64,000 nucleotides of DNA, from positions 161,310,357 to 161,374,356 of the forward strand of contig NC_068983.1 in assembly GCF_001194135.2 (NCBI RefSeq), read 5' to 3'. Within the stretch, counting starts at the first letter, position 1; every line of letters starts with the position of its first letter. This DNA comes from Octopus bimaculoides. Lineage: Eukaryota. A program made the position numbers and the translations under genes. The notes below the pieces were generated by a model, which was not told the origin of the DNA, made no database searches, and was given only the letters and a program-made list of their open reading frames with translations. Shown piece after piece: positions 37,634 to 50,385 of this stretch.

Positions 37634-39054
37634 CTATATTTTAAGACACAGAAGAAAAAAATAGCCACAAAGAGACAAAGAGAGTTACAGTAAAAGAAAG
37701 TTTTAAAAAATAGTACTTAAGTAAAAATAATTTTGTATAAAATTCAGATACTTGTGCCTGAATTAAAAATAGGATGGTCATAGCTGTTACAATTTTGATC
37801 CTGGGACAGCTTGATCAGGACTAACTAAATACAGGTATAGTTGTATAAATTTAGGCACTTCATATTGACTGCAATTTATATTGGTTGGTTTTTAGCTGGA
37901 ACCCATTAACAAGTAGCTCTACCAGAAAAATGTCTTTCCAAATATAATGAAAAGCTTTTCTAATTTTAAGGGTAACGTCTTTCTTTACATTTGAAGAATT
38001 ATAAGAAAATGGACTACTAAATTTGAAGCCAAGTTACATGTAATATATTGTGGGTTGTTAACTAGGCGCACAGCATAATTGTGGTCAAGATGTTTGCTTT
38101 GCAATCATGTGGCTCAGGTTTTGATTCCACCACGTGTTACTTCTACAACAGCCTAGGGTCAACCAAAACCATGTGAGTGAAACTAGGATGAGAATCTAGA
38201 GAACTCTATCAGATGGACTGTACCTACTTTGGGATGAGAAAACCAACCTGATATCTGGTTTAAAAGCAGTGTTTGGACCAGCTCTCCAAATTTAATGCAG
38301 AACGATCTAGCTCCCTTTCTTCTACCAGTTCATAGGTCCTGCAAAAAGATTTGGGCACTACCTTTCCACCTCTAATCATAATTTTTAGTCTTTAATTCCA
38401 TAATATATCTAAGTAAAATATATGACAGGTGTTGTTAAAGTAAAATATTTGAACCTATAAAAATACCTACAACAAATATTTGTACAAAGAGATAAATCTG
38501 AAAAAGTCAATGAACGAATTATCTTCTGATAATAAAGAAAACGTGTACGATAAAACTCTAAAGTAGCACTGTTACTGTACAGAGAGAAAAAAGTATTACT
38601 ACTGAAGATTTCTTAGATGTAATGGATAACCATGTATTCTGCAATAGTACATACATTTTTAAAATTTGACATTTTTATACCACATCTATGATAATAGTCA
38701 AGCAATGATTATTTCAATTTGGTCCACCCCTATAGGTTTTGTATATTACTGCTAAGTGTTGTAGGCTCAGTTATCCTTATTTACCAAAGCATATTCTCTG
38801 TATATTAGTTGAAGATTAATGGTTCAGATCACCTACATGATAATTGTCTATAGAGAGGAACAATCTGTCTCATGAGTTAAACAAACCTTAACACACACAC
38901 ACACACACTATTCATATCGAAGAATATATTCCCACCTCAGTTCAAGATATTTGGGCGTGAAATGTAAAGTCTTAAAAATTATCAAATGTCAATCCTAAAA
39001 TCATATATACATTTATTAGAAGACTAAATATGATGGAAATAATATGTACTTTAC

Positions 39055-39137
39055 CTCTAAAATAAACTGGAGCAAAGCATTGTTACTGTTTAAAACAAAG
39101 AGCTGAGATTTCTTTGAAAATAAGCCATAAGCAGCAT
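39055..39137 (-). CDS. COG3: COG3 coding exon
   Basis: tttgactttcag|ATGCTG...TTAGAG|gtaaag; 83 nt, phase 1->0; (Y)AAYGLFSKKSQLFVLNSNNALLQFILE (human AAFKIL...LNSNNALIEFLLE); preceded by a ~15.2-kb intron. Confidence 0.96.
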
Positions 39138-40977
39138 CTGAAAGTCAAAGACAATGTGTGTAATTAATTTAAACCTCAGTCTGTAAACATGTTTCAGAAA
39201 GTATACCATAATTATATCTCATCAGTATTTTCTCAATATCTAACAGAAGCTTTTGTTTCAAACCAAGTTAAATTAGTCTAATACTACATTACATTACACT
39301 ACAATGAAAATAATAGAGGGCATCACAATGTACACTGTAATAAATGTAATTAGTGCCAGAAAGAACTTTGGGTATTAAACACCAAGCTCAAAAACAATTC
39401 AGAACCAATACAATCTCAGTTCTTGTTAACACCATCAACAGCTTCAATACCATTAAGTTAGTTTACTTTTTCATCCAGGTACAAATAACTCATGGAATCT
39501 TATCTGATAAGACAATCATGTTCCACTGCATGCATCAGCATAAATGATGGAGCACAAATGAGCTGAAAGAAAAGCTGGGTACAAGGGGAATAAGCTGTTT
39601 CATGCAAGACAGAAGACATATGATGCATCTGGAGGATGGCAATTGGGCAAAGTAGTACCATGCAATTCAAGTGGAAGCAACCTGCAAAAAAGGGAGATCA
39701 AGAAGGACATGAGAAATGATGAGGGCTGATTTCACAAGGTGAAGACCCACAAAGGAAATGACAAGGAACTACACCAAAAGGAAAATTGCTGTGTTGGTGA
39801 AGACTCATCTTACACATGCAAGCATGGGAAAATTCTTGTAGAATGATAATAACGATGACAAATAAAGCAACAAAAGACAGACAATAAAAAACTGGCAAAA
39901 ATTAAACAAAATGTAATAACAGAATAAGAGAATGTGAACACATCTCATAAATACATTCTTGTTTGCTCATTTATAGTCATCAAGAGTGAAACTTTTACAT
40001 AGGGAATGTATGTTTAATAAAAGTCAGAAGACATATTTATGTAACTGTGACGTGCATCTATGGAACTAAAATTGTAATAAACTGTATACGTAATTAAATC
40101 TTCTGCAAGCAACATCCACTGTAATATATATATATTCAGGACATTAGGAAAAAGGTGTAGTTGGAAAAAGTTGTTGCTCAGATGTGCAACAACTTTTTCC
40201 AAAATAATCCCAAAATATAGAAATACAAAGTAAAACTGCAACTTGGTTTTGTTTTCTTTTCCTTTGGTAGTTTACTTTGTACCTTCTCTCATTATTCAGG
40301 CCTTGCACAAGAAATATCTTTAAATACACACACACACACACACATGCACATGCACACACACACACATGACCTGCACAAATGATTCGTTTATAATGATCAA
40401 ATGTTCGTGCCACACATTACCTCACTCTCTCCATCGAATCAATGTTGTCTGAATAGGGGCAAATGTGATCACAGGGCAACGTGACATGAAGTGCTTTACA
40501 CAAGAACAAAATGCACCAGCCAGTCTAGGAACTTAAACTACATTCTTGTGATTGTGCAATACCCTAACCACTAGGCCATACATATATGTATGGCCATAGA
40601 CTTACATTTGTATGGCCATAGACTTACGGTTAGAACATGCAAAAGAATAGAAGAATATACTACAGCCAATGATTCTAGTCAACACACAAGACAGCCATTA
40701 TGTTCCCACATAAAACGCTTCTACGTAGACTCTGTTGAAACTAGTAAGAAATAATTATGAACTTTTCTTTTATTTTACTTTTAAAAATATATATTTTTGA
40801 TAAGGTTCGTTTTTTTCATGTAAAATCTTTTTATGAAAAGTAACGATAGATATATACAATTAGATGAACTGAGGTAGGAATAAAAGTAATAAAAGTCCTT
40901 ATTGTGAATTGTTAAAGAGATTCAAAAGCATACCGGTTTTGTAAAATTACTGATCACTGCTTTGAATGCTCACCGAT

Positions 40978-41025
<48 letters not shown>

Positions 41026-41184
41026 CACACACATACATACATATATATATGTAAAGGAAGGGCATCCAGCTGTAGAAACTCTGCCAGATCAGATTGGAAC
41101 CTGGTGCAGCCATCTGGTTCGCCAGTCCTCAGTCAAATCGTCCAACCCATGCTAGCATGGAAAGCGGACATTAAATGATGATGA

Positions 41185-41218
<34 letters not shown>

Positions 41219-41224
41219 TGAAGT

Positions 41225-41960
41225 ATATTTGCCAGGTTTCTGGGTAGTAACCCGTCAGCAGCGTGTGACAATCACCAGCTAGGGGTGAGAACTGATTCCA
41301 AATGCAAAATACTATATGCTTTTTCCAGTGACAAACCATCACTGATCTCAAAAAAAGAGAAACAAGCAATAATAAATCTCTGACGGAGATGTAAACAGTA
41401 GCTGCACAACATCGTGAAGAATATTTACCACCTAAATGTGGCTGACTCATATGGGACGATGCTACTGTTGTTTATAGCCCCAAGAAGACATCTCCACCAG
41501 CTATCTAATGACACACTGTTTGTGTCCGATCAGTATTTACGAAGGGAAATCATCGTTTCCATCTCTAGCTCCTCCTGGGTCCATGTGTATCCCGTAAAGC
41601 TTGCTTGTTTCTCCTTTTTTGAGATCAACGATGGTTTGTTACTGAGAAAAGCATAATAGTATTTTGCATTTGGAATCAGTTCTCATCTCTAGCAGGTGAC
41701 TGTCACACGCTGATGACGAGTTGCTACTCAAAAAGCCGGGTCCATGTGTATCACATAAGGCTGGAGATGGGAACGATGATTTCCCTTTGCAAATACTGAT
41801 CGGACACAGACAATGTGTCTTTAGCCAGGTGGAGGAGATGTCTTCCTGGGGCTATAAACAACAGTAGCATCATCCCATATGGGTCAGCCACATTTAGGTG
41901 GCAAATATACTTCACAATGTCATGCTACTACTGTTTACATCTCGCTCAGAGACGTTTTAT

Positions 41961-41965
<5 letters not shown>
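41225..41965. mobile_element. Head-to-head hammerhead-bearing element (Penelope pLTR/retrozyme-like)
   Basis: Interleaved inverted blocks A(41228-41370) B(41372-41576) A'(41611-41740) B'(41757-41965); B is homologous to the 36311 arm; hammerhead-like cores at -41237-41268 and +41704-41748. Confidence 0.7.
41704..41748 (+). ncRNA. Degenerate minimal type-I hammerhead ribozyme motif
   Basis: CACACG-CTGATGA-C-GAGT[TGCT]ACTC-A-AAAAG-CCGG-GTC|CATGTG; stem I 5 of 6 pairs; GAAA decayed to AAAA. Confidence 0.6.
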
Positions 41966-42050
<85 letters not shown>

Positions 42051-43249
42051 GACTTATCCTACACCGGAATGATATTCACTCAGACTTTATTTGTAACATT
42101 AATTTTTAGATGTCTACTATTTCTGTGTATCATTTTCTTGATGAGATATCAAAGCTGCATATCATATGTACTATTTATTATGAATCTGCATAGCTTATAA
42201 CAGCTATATTGATTTATCAGCCAGTAGAGAATGCAAATAAACTGTTGTTAAATGCTATTTTCCAGTTTTCTTTAACATGGACTGAACTTGTAATTCCTCT
42301 GTGGTAGTAAATAAGTTCATAGCTAATATTGTAATTCAAATTTAAAATAAGTTTTTTTGTAAGTTGATTCAGAATATAAAAAGAAAAAAACAAACCATAG
42401 AGATTTTAAGTTTATATTTCAAGCTCAAATGTCAATAAATACTACAACCAATGAGAGAGAGAGAGAGAGAGATGTTTAGATTTCAATAGCAAACGACCCA
42501 TAAACCAAACTACAAAAGCCGCAGAACAAGCTGTTTTAAAATATAAAGAAATGCTTCAAAGACATATAAGATTTTATAAAACTAAAATAATACAATAAGT
42601 AATGACTTTTAGATGGTAAATAGTAAAATATTACAAGATATGTCTATCCGTTGATGTTTGTACACATTACTGAAATGTTGAAATATTGTTGAAATAATCA
42701 CAACAGAAATTATTAAAAAGAAAAATTCATAGAGATATCATGATAATCATCATCATCATCCTTATTTAACAAGCATCTTCCATGCTGGCATGGGTTAGAC
42801 AGTAAGACAACAGCTAGCAAGTCAGAGGACTGCACCAAGCTCCACTGTCTGTTTTGGCTTGGTTTTTACAGCTGGTGCTCTTCCTAATGCCATTCACTTT
42901 ACTGAGTGGACTGAGAGCAGTTTACATAGCACCAGCGCTAGCGAGGTTTGGTTTGGCATGGATTTCACAGATGGATGCCCTTTCTAGTGCCAACCACTTA
43001 ACAGAGTGGACTGGATGCTTTTAGCATGGCATCAGCCCTAACAAGTTCTGTTTGGTATGTTTTTATAGCAAGATGTCCTTCGTAATGTCAACCACTTCAC
43101 CGAATGGACTGATGCTTTTATGAGAGAATGTATTTTTAGAAAATGCATAAGGATATCTTTGAAAAGCCAATGGCCTAAAAGTGTATAGAAATAGAAATAA
43201 TAATGTGATGACTTCTGAGATCAATGTCACTTACAAGTTTGAACAATTT

Positions 43250-44150
43250 TAGGTAAAAAAAACAACAGGCAAAATATAAGCAAGGTGGAAAACCTAGAGA
43301 GTTGCAGTTCTGAGAAAGAATGATTTGGAGATATTTTTCATTTGGAATTTAAAAGGTGAGAAATAGTAGGGATGATGAAGAAAGAAAGAGGGGGGAGGGG
43401 AGAGAAACAAAGCCATGGAAAAGGCACACCTCTGCCAGTTTTCCAATATGAATCTTACTTGATTTTTGAAGACAGTCAACAACTGATCGGGTTAAAGTGC
43501 TTTTAGATCCTGAAGAAGAATACAAGATCTTGGCATGCACATTTCTTACTGTTACATATGTGAGCTGGCCATGAAAGATGATCAGAAATTAAAAGGTCCT
43601 GCACTTGGAATAGGTCTGAGGTCTTTGTGAGTTGTTTACAAGTAAGGTAACAGATACATAAGACTATTTCCTTGATATATAGTGATTGTGTGTCTTGTTA
43701 GAAGAAACAGTATGAAGATATATTCCATACAGAAGCAAGAATGCAGGAAAAAAATAACTCTTGAGATATACTGGAATTGATAGTGTAGATCTGTGAATGT
43801 TCTGACAGAGTCTGCTGCAATGGAATGGTCTCGCAAGACACTTCTGATTCAAGAGATGCAAGATAGATGCAACCATAGGTGAGTAGTTGAGTTAATAGGT
43901 TATTATCAAAGACAAAGTGGGTTTTTTTTTGAGACAAAGGTAATGATATTGTTATAGAATAAATTCTCAAGTGTGAAAAACCACTTGAGTGTAATATTAG
44001 TAAAAAAATCTCTGGTACATTTATCAGATATCTGTTAGCATCCTGCTTGAAAGGTTGAGCATGGATGAGCCAAGAGAGCATTAGTCCAAATTAGAAAAAA
44101 CAAATTATTTGAATGGATGATGAATGTTGGGGGGAAAAGGGCTAAGTGCT
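43250..44150 (-). mobile_element. Degenerate CR1/L2-group LINE fragment
   Basis: DLLISDHLSWPAHICN...PDQLLTVFKNQVRFILEN (cf. LLTLYKAQVRPxLEY). Confidence 0.7.
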
Positions 44151-44850
44151 GCCGGTGGACACTATGCATGGAAGAGGAAGACTGAGGAAAATATGGGGAG
44201 CAATATACCCACATGACAGAACTATCCAACCAAAGGCAGCATGAAAAAAAACTGATGTTAAATATTGATGATGGTAACAAGTACAAGGCCAAACTGATTT
44301 AAACCTCTTGCACTATTGTTATCAATTCTATCAATCCCAGGGAGGATGAAAGGTGACTAAATATTATACAGCAATTGTCATATTTGACACACGCTCCTCT
44401 ATAATCAGTGTATTAAAACTGTTTTCATAGAAAGTTTATTTCCACAGACACATCAGCAAGAAGGGAAATTGCTTAGCGTAGAAAATTCAATCATTGCACA
44501 ATTAATCATATTATTTGCATTGTCTTACAAGCAATGAACTCCTCCTCCTCCTCCTCTTTCTGATCGTCTCCACCACTGCAATCACCACTACCACTCCCAC
44601 CACCAGTACCACCACTACTGCTACTACCAACATCATCATCATCATTAAGAAGACATAAATAAACTCTGCAATAAAAATAATACCCCAAAGGAATTGAAGT
44701 AGCTTATACAATAGTATTAGTAACATAGCTGAAATAAAATGGCTAGAAATTAAAGTCAGTTCAGGCTCAGCTGAACTGACAGAAGCTTAACTAAGAAATA
44801 AATATCAAATCTGAATCCACATAACAGTAAAAAGATTCGTTAACAAAGTA

Positions 44851-45605
44851 CAGTAATGCCTCACTTTACAAGGACCTGCTTTACAAGACCCCAGCTTTAT
44901 GGGTTTTATTTTTCAAGCACAAGATCCAAATTCTGAAAGAAGTGCGAAAGTTTCTACTACCATAATAAATGCTTCTGCATGTCACTGAAAAATTTATAGA
45001 GAGTGAAAAAAAATTCTTTTAAGTAAACAACTCTAGACTTGTTTCTTAAAAAGAAATCTACAAGTCCGTCTATGAGTGCTTGTGAATCGGCAATCGTGTC
45101 TACAAGTGATGGTGTGTGTGAGTCTAGAGCAAGTGAAAGTGATTCAGAAACTGATTATAGTAATAATATTTATTTTATTATAAATGATCTTGACAAAATA
45201 TTCTTTACATCCTGCCTGACTGGCCTTCGTGCCGGTGGCACGTAAAAGCACCCACTACACTCTTGGAGTGGTTGGTGTTAGGAAGGGCATCCAGTTGTAG
45301 AAACTCTGCCAAATCAGATTGGAGCCTGATGTAGCCATCCGGTTTCACCAGTCCTCAGTCAAATCGTTCAACCCATGCCAGCATGGAAAGCGGACGTTAA
45401 ACGATGATGATGATGATGATTCTACTATTGCTTTATTGCCATTCATTTATGAATATTATAAATTTTATAGGTGAAATATTATTCTGGGAACGAATTACAA
45501 TTTATAACATTGCTACTATGAGAAATTATTGCTCTGCTTCACAAGTCTTCGCTTTATGAGCGGCTTCCAGGAACAAATTAACTTGTATAACGAGATATTA
45601 TTGTG
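44851..45605. mobile_element. Pogo/Tigger-like non-autonomous element interrupted by a family-D SINE
   Basis: TA|CAGTAATGCCTCACTTTACAAG ... CTTGTATAACGAGATATTATTGTG|TA imperfect inverted ends. Confidence 0.6.
45211..45420 (+). mobile_element. Family-D SINE, 5'-truncated, nested inside a pogo/Tigger-like element
   Basis: Family-D 3' half with (GAT)n tail. Confidence 0.9.
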
Positions 45606-46250
45606 TATCTAAGGAGCTTATCTCTCTTCAAGAAAGTAACTCTGGAATCAAATGCACATTATAAAACACAGGGCAATGGAAGAGAGCTCTTGATGTAATT
45701 TGTTAAAAATAGCAGCCAAATGCCCTCAAATCAGACTCCACCATTTTTTAAAAAACGATTAATTGGATAATGTATCCCTTAGTGAATAAGATGAGATGAT
45801 CAAAGCTGGAACACCTTTGATAATCATAATTCTGCTTGAATAGAGCTGAATTGCAGCTAAAAAACATTACAACAGTACCTTCAATGTTTATTGGGGTCTC
45901 CTTTTGAGTACCTAATTATAATTAAGTGATCTAAGCTGTTAAAAGTTAAGTGTATTTAACAAGAATCAAGCACAGCATCAATGACAAGATATATAGAGTT
46001 GCATATTTATTGAATCAATAAGTTGTAACCTTCCAAACCACCTAAAATTGATCCTCTATTTCAATAAATGATTGCTAAAATCTAACATAAATCATAAGAC
46101 TGTAATAATATACGTTCATTACTCATAAAACAGAAAAGGAAGAGACACATGGGATGGAGAGTTGCTGAAGAGGTCACAGGACATGTGACAAAAGATTTCA
46201 GACAAAGGACATAAAATAAGAATAATAATAAAGCTGAAGTGAAGACCAAG

Positions 46251-47008
46251 NNNNNNNNNNNNNNNNNNNNNNNNNNNNNNNNNNNNNNNNNNNNNNNNNN
46301 NNNNNNNNNNNNNNNNNNNNNNNNNNNNNNNNNNNNNNNNNNNNNNNNNNNNNNNNNNNNNNNNNNNNNNNNNNNNNNNNNNNNNNNNNNNNNNNNNNNN
46401 NNNNNNNNNNNNNNNNNNNNNNNNNNNNNNNNNNNNNNNNNNNNNNNNNNNNNNNNNNNNNNNNNNNNNNNNNNNNNNNNNNNNNNNNNNNNNNNNNNNN
46501 NNNNNNNNNNNNNNNNNNNNNNNNNNNNNNNNNNNNNNNNNNNNNNNNNNNNNNNNNNNNNNNNNNNNNNNNNNNNNNNNNNNNNNNNNNNNNNNNNNNN
46601 NNNNNNNNNNNNNNNNNNNNNNNNNNNNNNNNNNNNNNNNNNNNNNNNNNNNNNNNNNNNNNNNNNNNNNNNNNNNNNNNNNNNNNNNNNNNNNNNNNNN
46701 NNNNNNNNNNNNNNNNNNNNNNNNNNNNNNNNNNNNNNNNNNNNNNNNNNNNNNNNNNNNNNNNNNNNNNNNNNNNNNNNNNNNNNNNNNNNNNNNNNNN
46801 NNNNNNNNNNNNNNNNNNNNNNNNNNNNNNNNNNNNNNNNNNNNNNNNNNNNNNNNNNNNNNNNNNNNNNNNNNNNNNNNNNNNNNNNNNNNNNNNNNNN
46901 NNNNNNNNNNNNNNNNNNNNNNNNNNNNNNNNNNNNNNNNNNNNNNNNNNNNNNNNNNNNNNNNNNNNNNNNNNNNNNNNNNNNNNNNNNNNNNNNNNNN
47001 NNNNNNNN
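46251..47008. other. Assembly gap inside the large COG3 intron
   Basis: N run. Other large gaps: ~16170-16515, 21495-21667, 24245-24454, 27474-27837, 51334-51919. Gaps in introns could hide additional exons. Confidence 1.
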
Positions 47009-47308
47009 CAGTACCGCCTGACTGGCTCCCGTAGGATTTTCGAGTGAGATCGTTGCCAGTGCCCCTCGACTGGCTTGTGCGGGTGGCACATAAAAGACAC
47101 CATTTCGAGCGTGGCCGTTTTCGTGCAGGTGACACGTAAAAGCACCCACTACACTCTCTGAGTGGTTGGCGTTAGGAAGGGCATCCAGCTGTAGAAACTC
47201 TGCCAAATTAGATTGGAGCCTGGTGTAACCACCTGGTTCACCAGTCCTCAGTCAAATCGTCCAACCCATGCTAGTATGGAAAGCGGACGTTAAACGATGA
47301 TGATGATG
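47009..47308 (+). mobile_element. Family-D SINE (5' end in gap)
   Basis: High identity to 14163-14536. Confidence 0.9.
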
Positions 47309-49097
47309 TGCAGAAGTTATGTTCAAGACTTTAAGAAGAGGAACAAGTGTATCATTGATAAAAGTATTGTTAGTTTGCTCAATTATGCTTTAATCTTCTG
47401 ATAGAATAGTAAAAGAAATCACAGATGTATCTATTTCTGGAGCTAACATCCAACAGTAAACACAGTTGATCACTTTTGCATAAATAAATAAAACACAAAC
47501 TGACTGACCCTCAATATTAAATGAGTGAAATGAACTGAGGAGCTCATTAGAACAAACACATTGATTAACGTCTGTCTTCCATGCTGGCATGGGCTGGATG
47601 GTTTGACAAGAGCTGGCCAGGCAGAAAACTGAACCAGACTTCTGTGTCTATTTTGGCACAGTTTATATGGCTGGATGCCTTTCCTGACACCAACTACCCA
47701 ACAGAGTAGACTGTGCTTTTTATGTGGCACCAGCACAGGTGAGGTCTGGTTTAGCATAGTTTTTACAGCTGGATGCCCTTCCAAACATCAACCACTTTAC
47801 AGTGTGGACTGGGTGCTTATAATTAGTTATTTACCTTCCATAAAATAACCTGGTGTTCCATAAAAAAGAAGACTAATTTCAAGTTGATTTTCATGGAACC
47901 AGAAATTCATAATGTTGTCATTATTTCAAAAATTAAAAAAAAAGTTACTAATTAAAAACATTATCTGCTACACTGACATGCATAAAAGATATTCATTAAA
48001 GTCATGCACATGGGATTCTAGAACTATTTCATGGCCATGCATATAATTAATTATTTATATCTCAATGCAGTTATTTTTGTGTGTATATGAGGTCAAGGAC
48101 TTACCTACATGAAACAATTTAAATACTCCAAAAGAAATGTTATAACAAAAACAATAAGCTAAGAATCAATAGAACTAATGAGTGCAGCCTGAGCATTTTC
48201 CAGCAACTAATCATTTAGAGTGGTGATGTATCAGCTCTATTACAATATCTAGGATCATGCTTGATCTACAACTAAGAGTAGAGTGAAAGTACGTGGTATA
48301 GTGAAAGAAAAAGCGATATAAAAGCAGACATCACTTAAACAAGAAAACCATAACCATTGAAAAAAAAAACATACCCCAAAGCAATCCCAGAACTGCATTT
48401 GGATTTGTACCTGTGAGGACTGAGTGAGAAATAAAAGAATTAGATATTGCAAGAAAACCAATCAGTAATTATAGATAACTCTATTTTTTGAGTTACTTCA
48501 AATTTTTCACATTGACAGAATACAGGTTGACAGTCCTAAATTTGAAACCTTTGAAATGAGATATGTACTGGAATACTTCATATTTCAGAAAGACCAATGA
48601 TTAGATAATAGAGTCATAAATATGAGAAGTTCCAGCACTATTAGTGTCAAAATAAATCTGAAGATTTTTTTTGAAAAGCTTGTGTAATAAGAAAGTAAAC
48701 AAGTTTATTTAACGCCCATCAGTAAACCTGTTTTCAACTCCAGTTTTTGTTGTTGTTTAGCCTCACATTCACCCTGACTGAGCTGACCTGTGAACAAAAG
48801 TGCTTCAGCCATGAGCAGGATTGGCTTTGTTTATAAAGTACACTATCCAATGTGTTTTTCCTGTTTTGCTTTTTGTTTTTTTTTTAAGAAAAGGAAAATG
48901 ATTTGAAAGAGACTTCGTTGCTTTTTCTAGCAGGTCAGATAATTACAGAGAGGCCCTTTTGATAGTTCAGTCATCTTCAGTTAAATGAACTTTTTAATGA
49001 TGGAAAAAAAGATAAAGAGAATTAGGATTAGACAAATATCTGGAGTGGGGGCAGGTGAATGACAAGGAAGCTGTAGGCTAGAGTAATATTAAGTTAG

Positions 49098-49285
49098 TTT
49101 CAAATTTTGGCACAAAGCCAACAAGTTCGGGGGAGGGGGTAAGTTGATTACATCAACCTCCAGTGCTCAACTGGTACTTATTTTATCAACCCCAAAAAGA
49201 TGAAAGGCAAAGTCAACCCTGGCAGAATTTGAACTCAGAATATAGAAACAAACTAAATCCTTACCAAGTATTTTGCCCAGATATA
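49098..49285 (-). mobile_element. Family-B SINE
   Basis: Core match; tail variant as in 1068-1285. Confidence 0.8.
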
Positions 49286-49484
49286 TTATGAACACAAATT
49301 AATATTCCATGGCAAAAACTTTTACATTTGACAGTTTCAAGATTCAGAATTGTCAACCTATATATCATAAATTACTGGATTAAACAATTAACCAAAAAAT
49401 GAATTGCTACTTCATTAAAACACAAAATGTACATAACTGTTGCACATCATACAATAACATTTATATGGCTATATGTTTATAACA

Positions 49485-49526
<42 letters not shown>

Positions 49527-50010
49527 NNNNNNNNNNATATACTTGTGGTAATCATAAATCAATTTATATTCTTTTATTCTTTTACTTGTTTCAGTCATTT
49601 GACTGCAGCCATGCTGGAGCACCGCCTTCAGTCACACAAATCGTCCCCAGGACTTATTCTTTGTAAGCCTAGTAATTATTCTATCAGTCTCATTTGAAGA
49701 ACTGCTAAGTTATATTCATCACACATTATAACATTCCTTTTTTCAAGAGAAGAATACCAGTCTTCGCTTGGAAAACGGAGTCAGACCTACAGTAATAACT
49801 TCATCTGACTATTCACTTGTTGCTTATCTATGATTTTATGCATATATCACCTGTCTATGATGGTTATTATGTAACTCTTGGCTTCCTGAAAGAACTTTTG
49901 TGATAAAGCATTACATAATTTCAATATCTATTGTTTTCTTTATTTTTATTCTGTATTTTTGTACTTCATGTAAATGTTACTTGATTATATATATATATAT
50001 ATGAAATCGT

Positions 50011-50375
50011 GATGGCACCTGTGCCCAGCGTCGCCTTTCTGGCACTTGTGCCCGTGACATGTGTAAGGACTTTCGAGCAAGATTGTTGCCAGTGCCGCTG
50101 GACTGGCTCTTGTGCGGGTGGCACATAAAACACGCCATTTTGAGCATGGCCATTGCCAGTACTGCCTGACAGGCCTTCGTGCCGGTGGCACGTAAAAGCA
50201 CCCACTACACTCTCTGAGTGGTTGGCGTTAGGAAGGGCATCCAACTGTAGAAACTCTGCCAAATCAGATTGGAGCCTGGTGTAGCCATCTGGTTTCACCA
50301 GTCCTCAGTCAAATCGTCCAACCCATGCTAGCATGGAAAGCGGATGTTAAACGACGGTGATTATGATGATGATGA
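50011..50375 (+). mobile_element. Family-D SINE
   Basis: Colinear with 14163-14536. Confidence 0.9.
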
Positions 50376-50385
50376 TATACACTAT

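Noticed and set aside
43459-43509. 51-nt phase 1->1 candidate COG3 exon (ttcttcttcag|...|gtaaga; GSKSTLTRSVVDCLQKS)
   Set aside because: It lies inside a CR1-group LINE relic; another frame reads PDQLLTVFKNQVRFILEN. It is most simply a pseudo-exon, although exonisation cannot be excluded without RNA data.
49758-49885. Two AG/GT-bounded segments on - (29 nt and 35 nt)
   Set aside because: Weak splice sites, frame-shifting, and no similarity to COG3.
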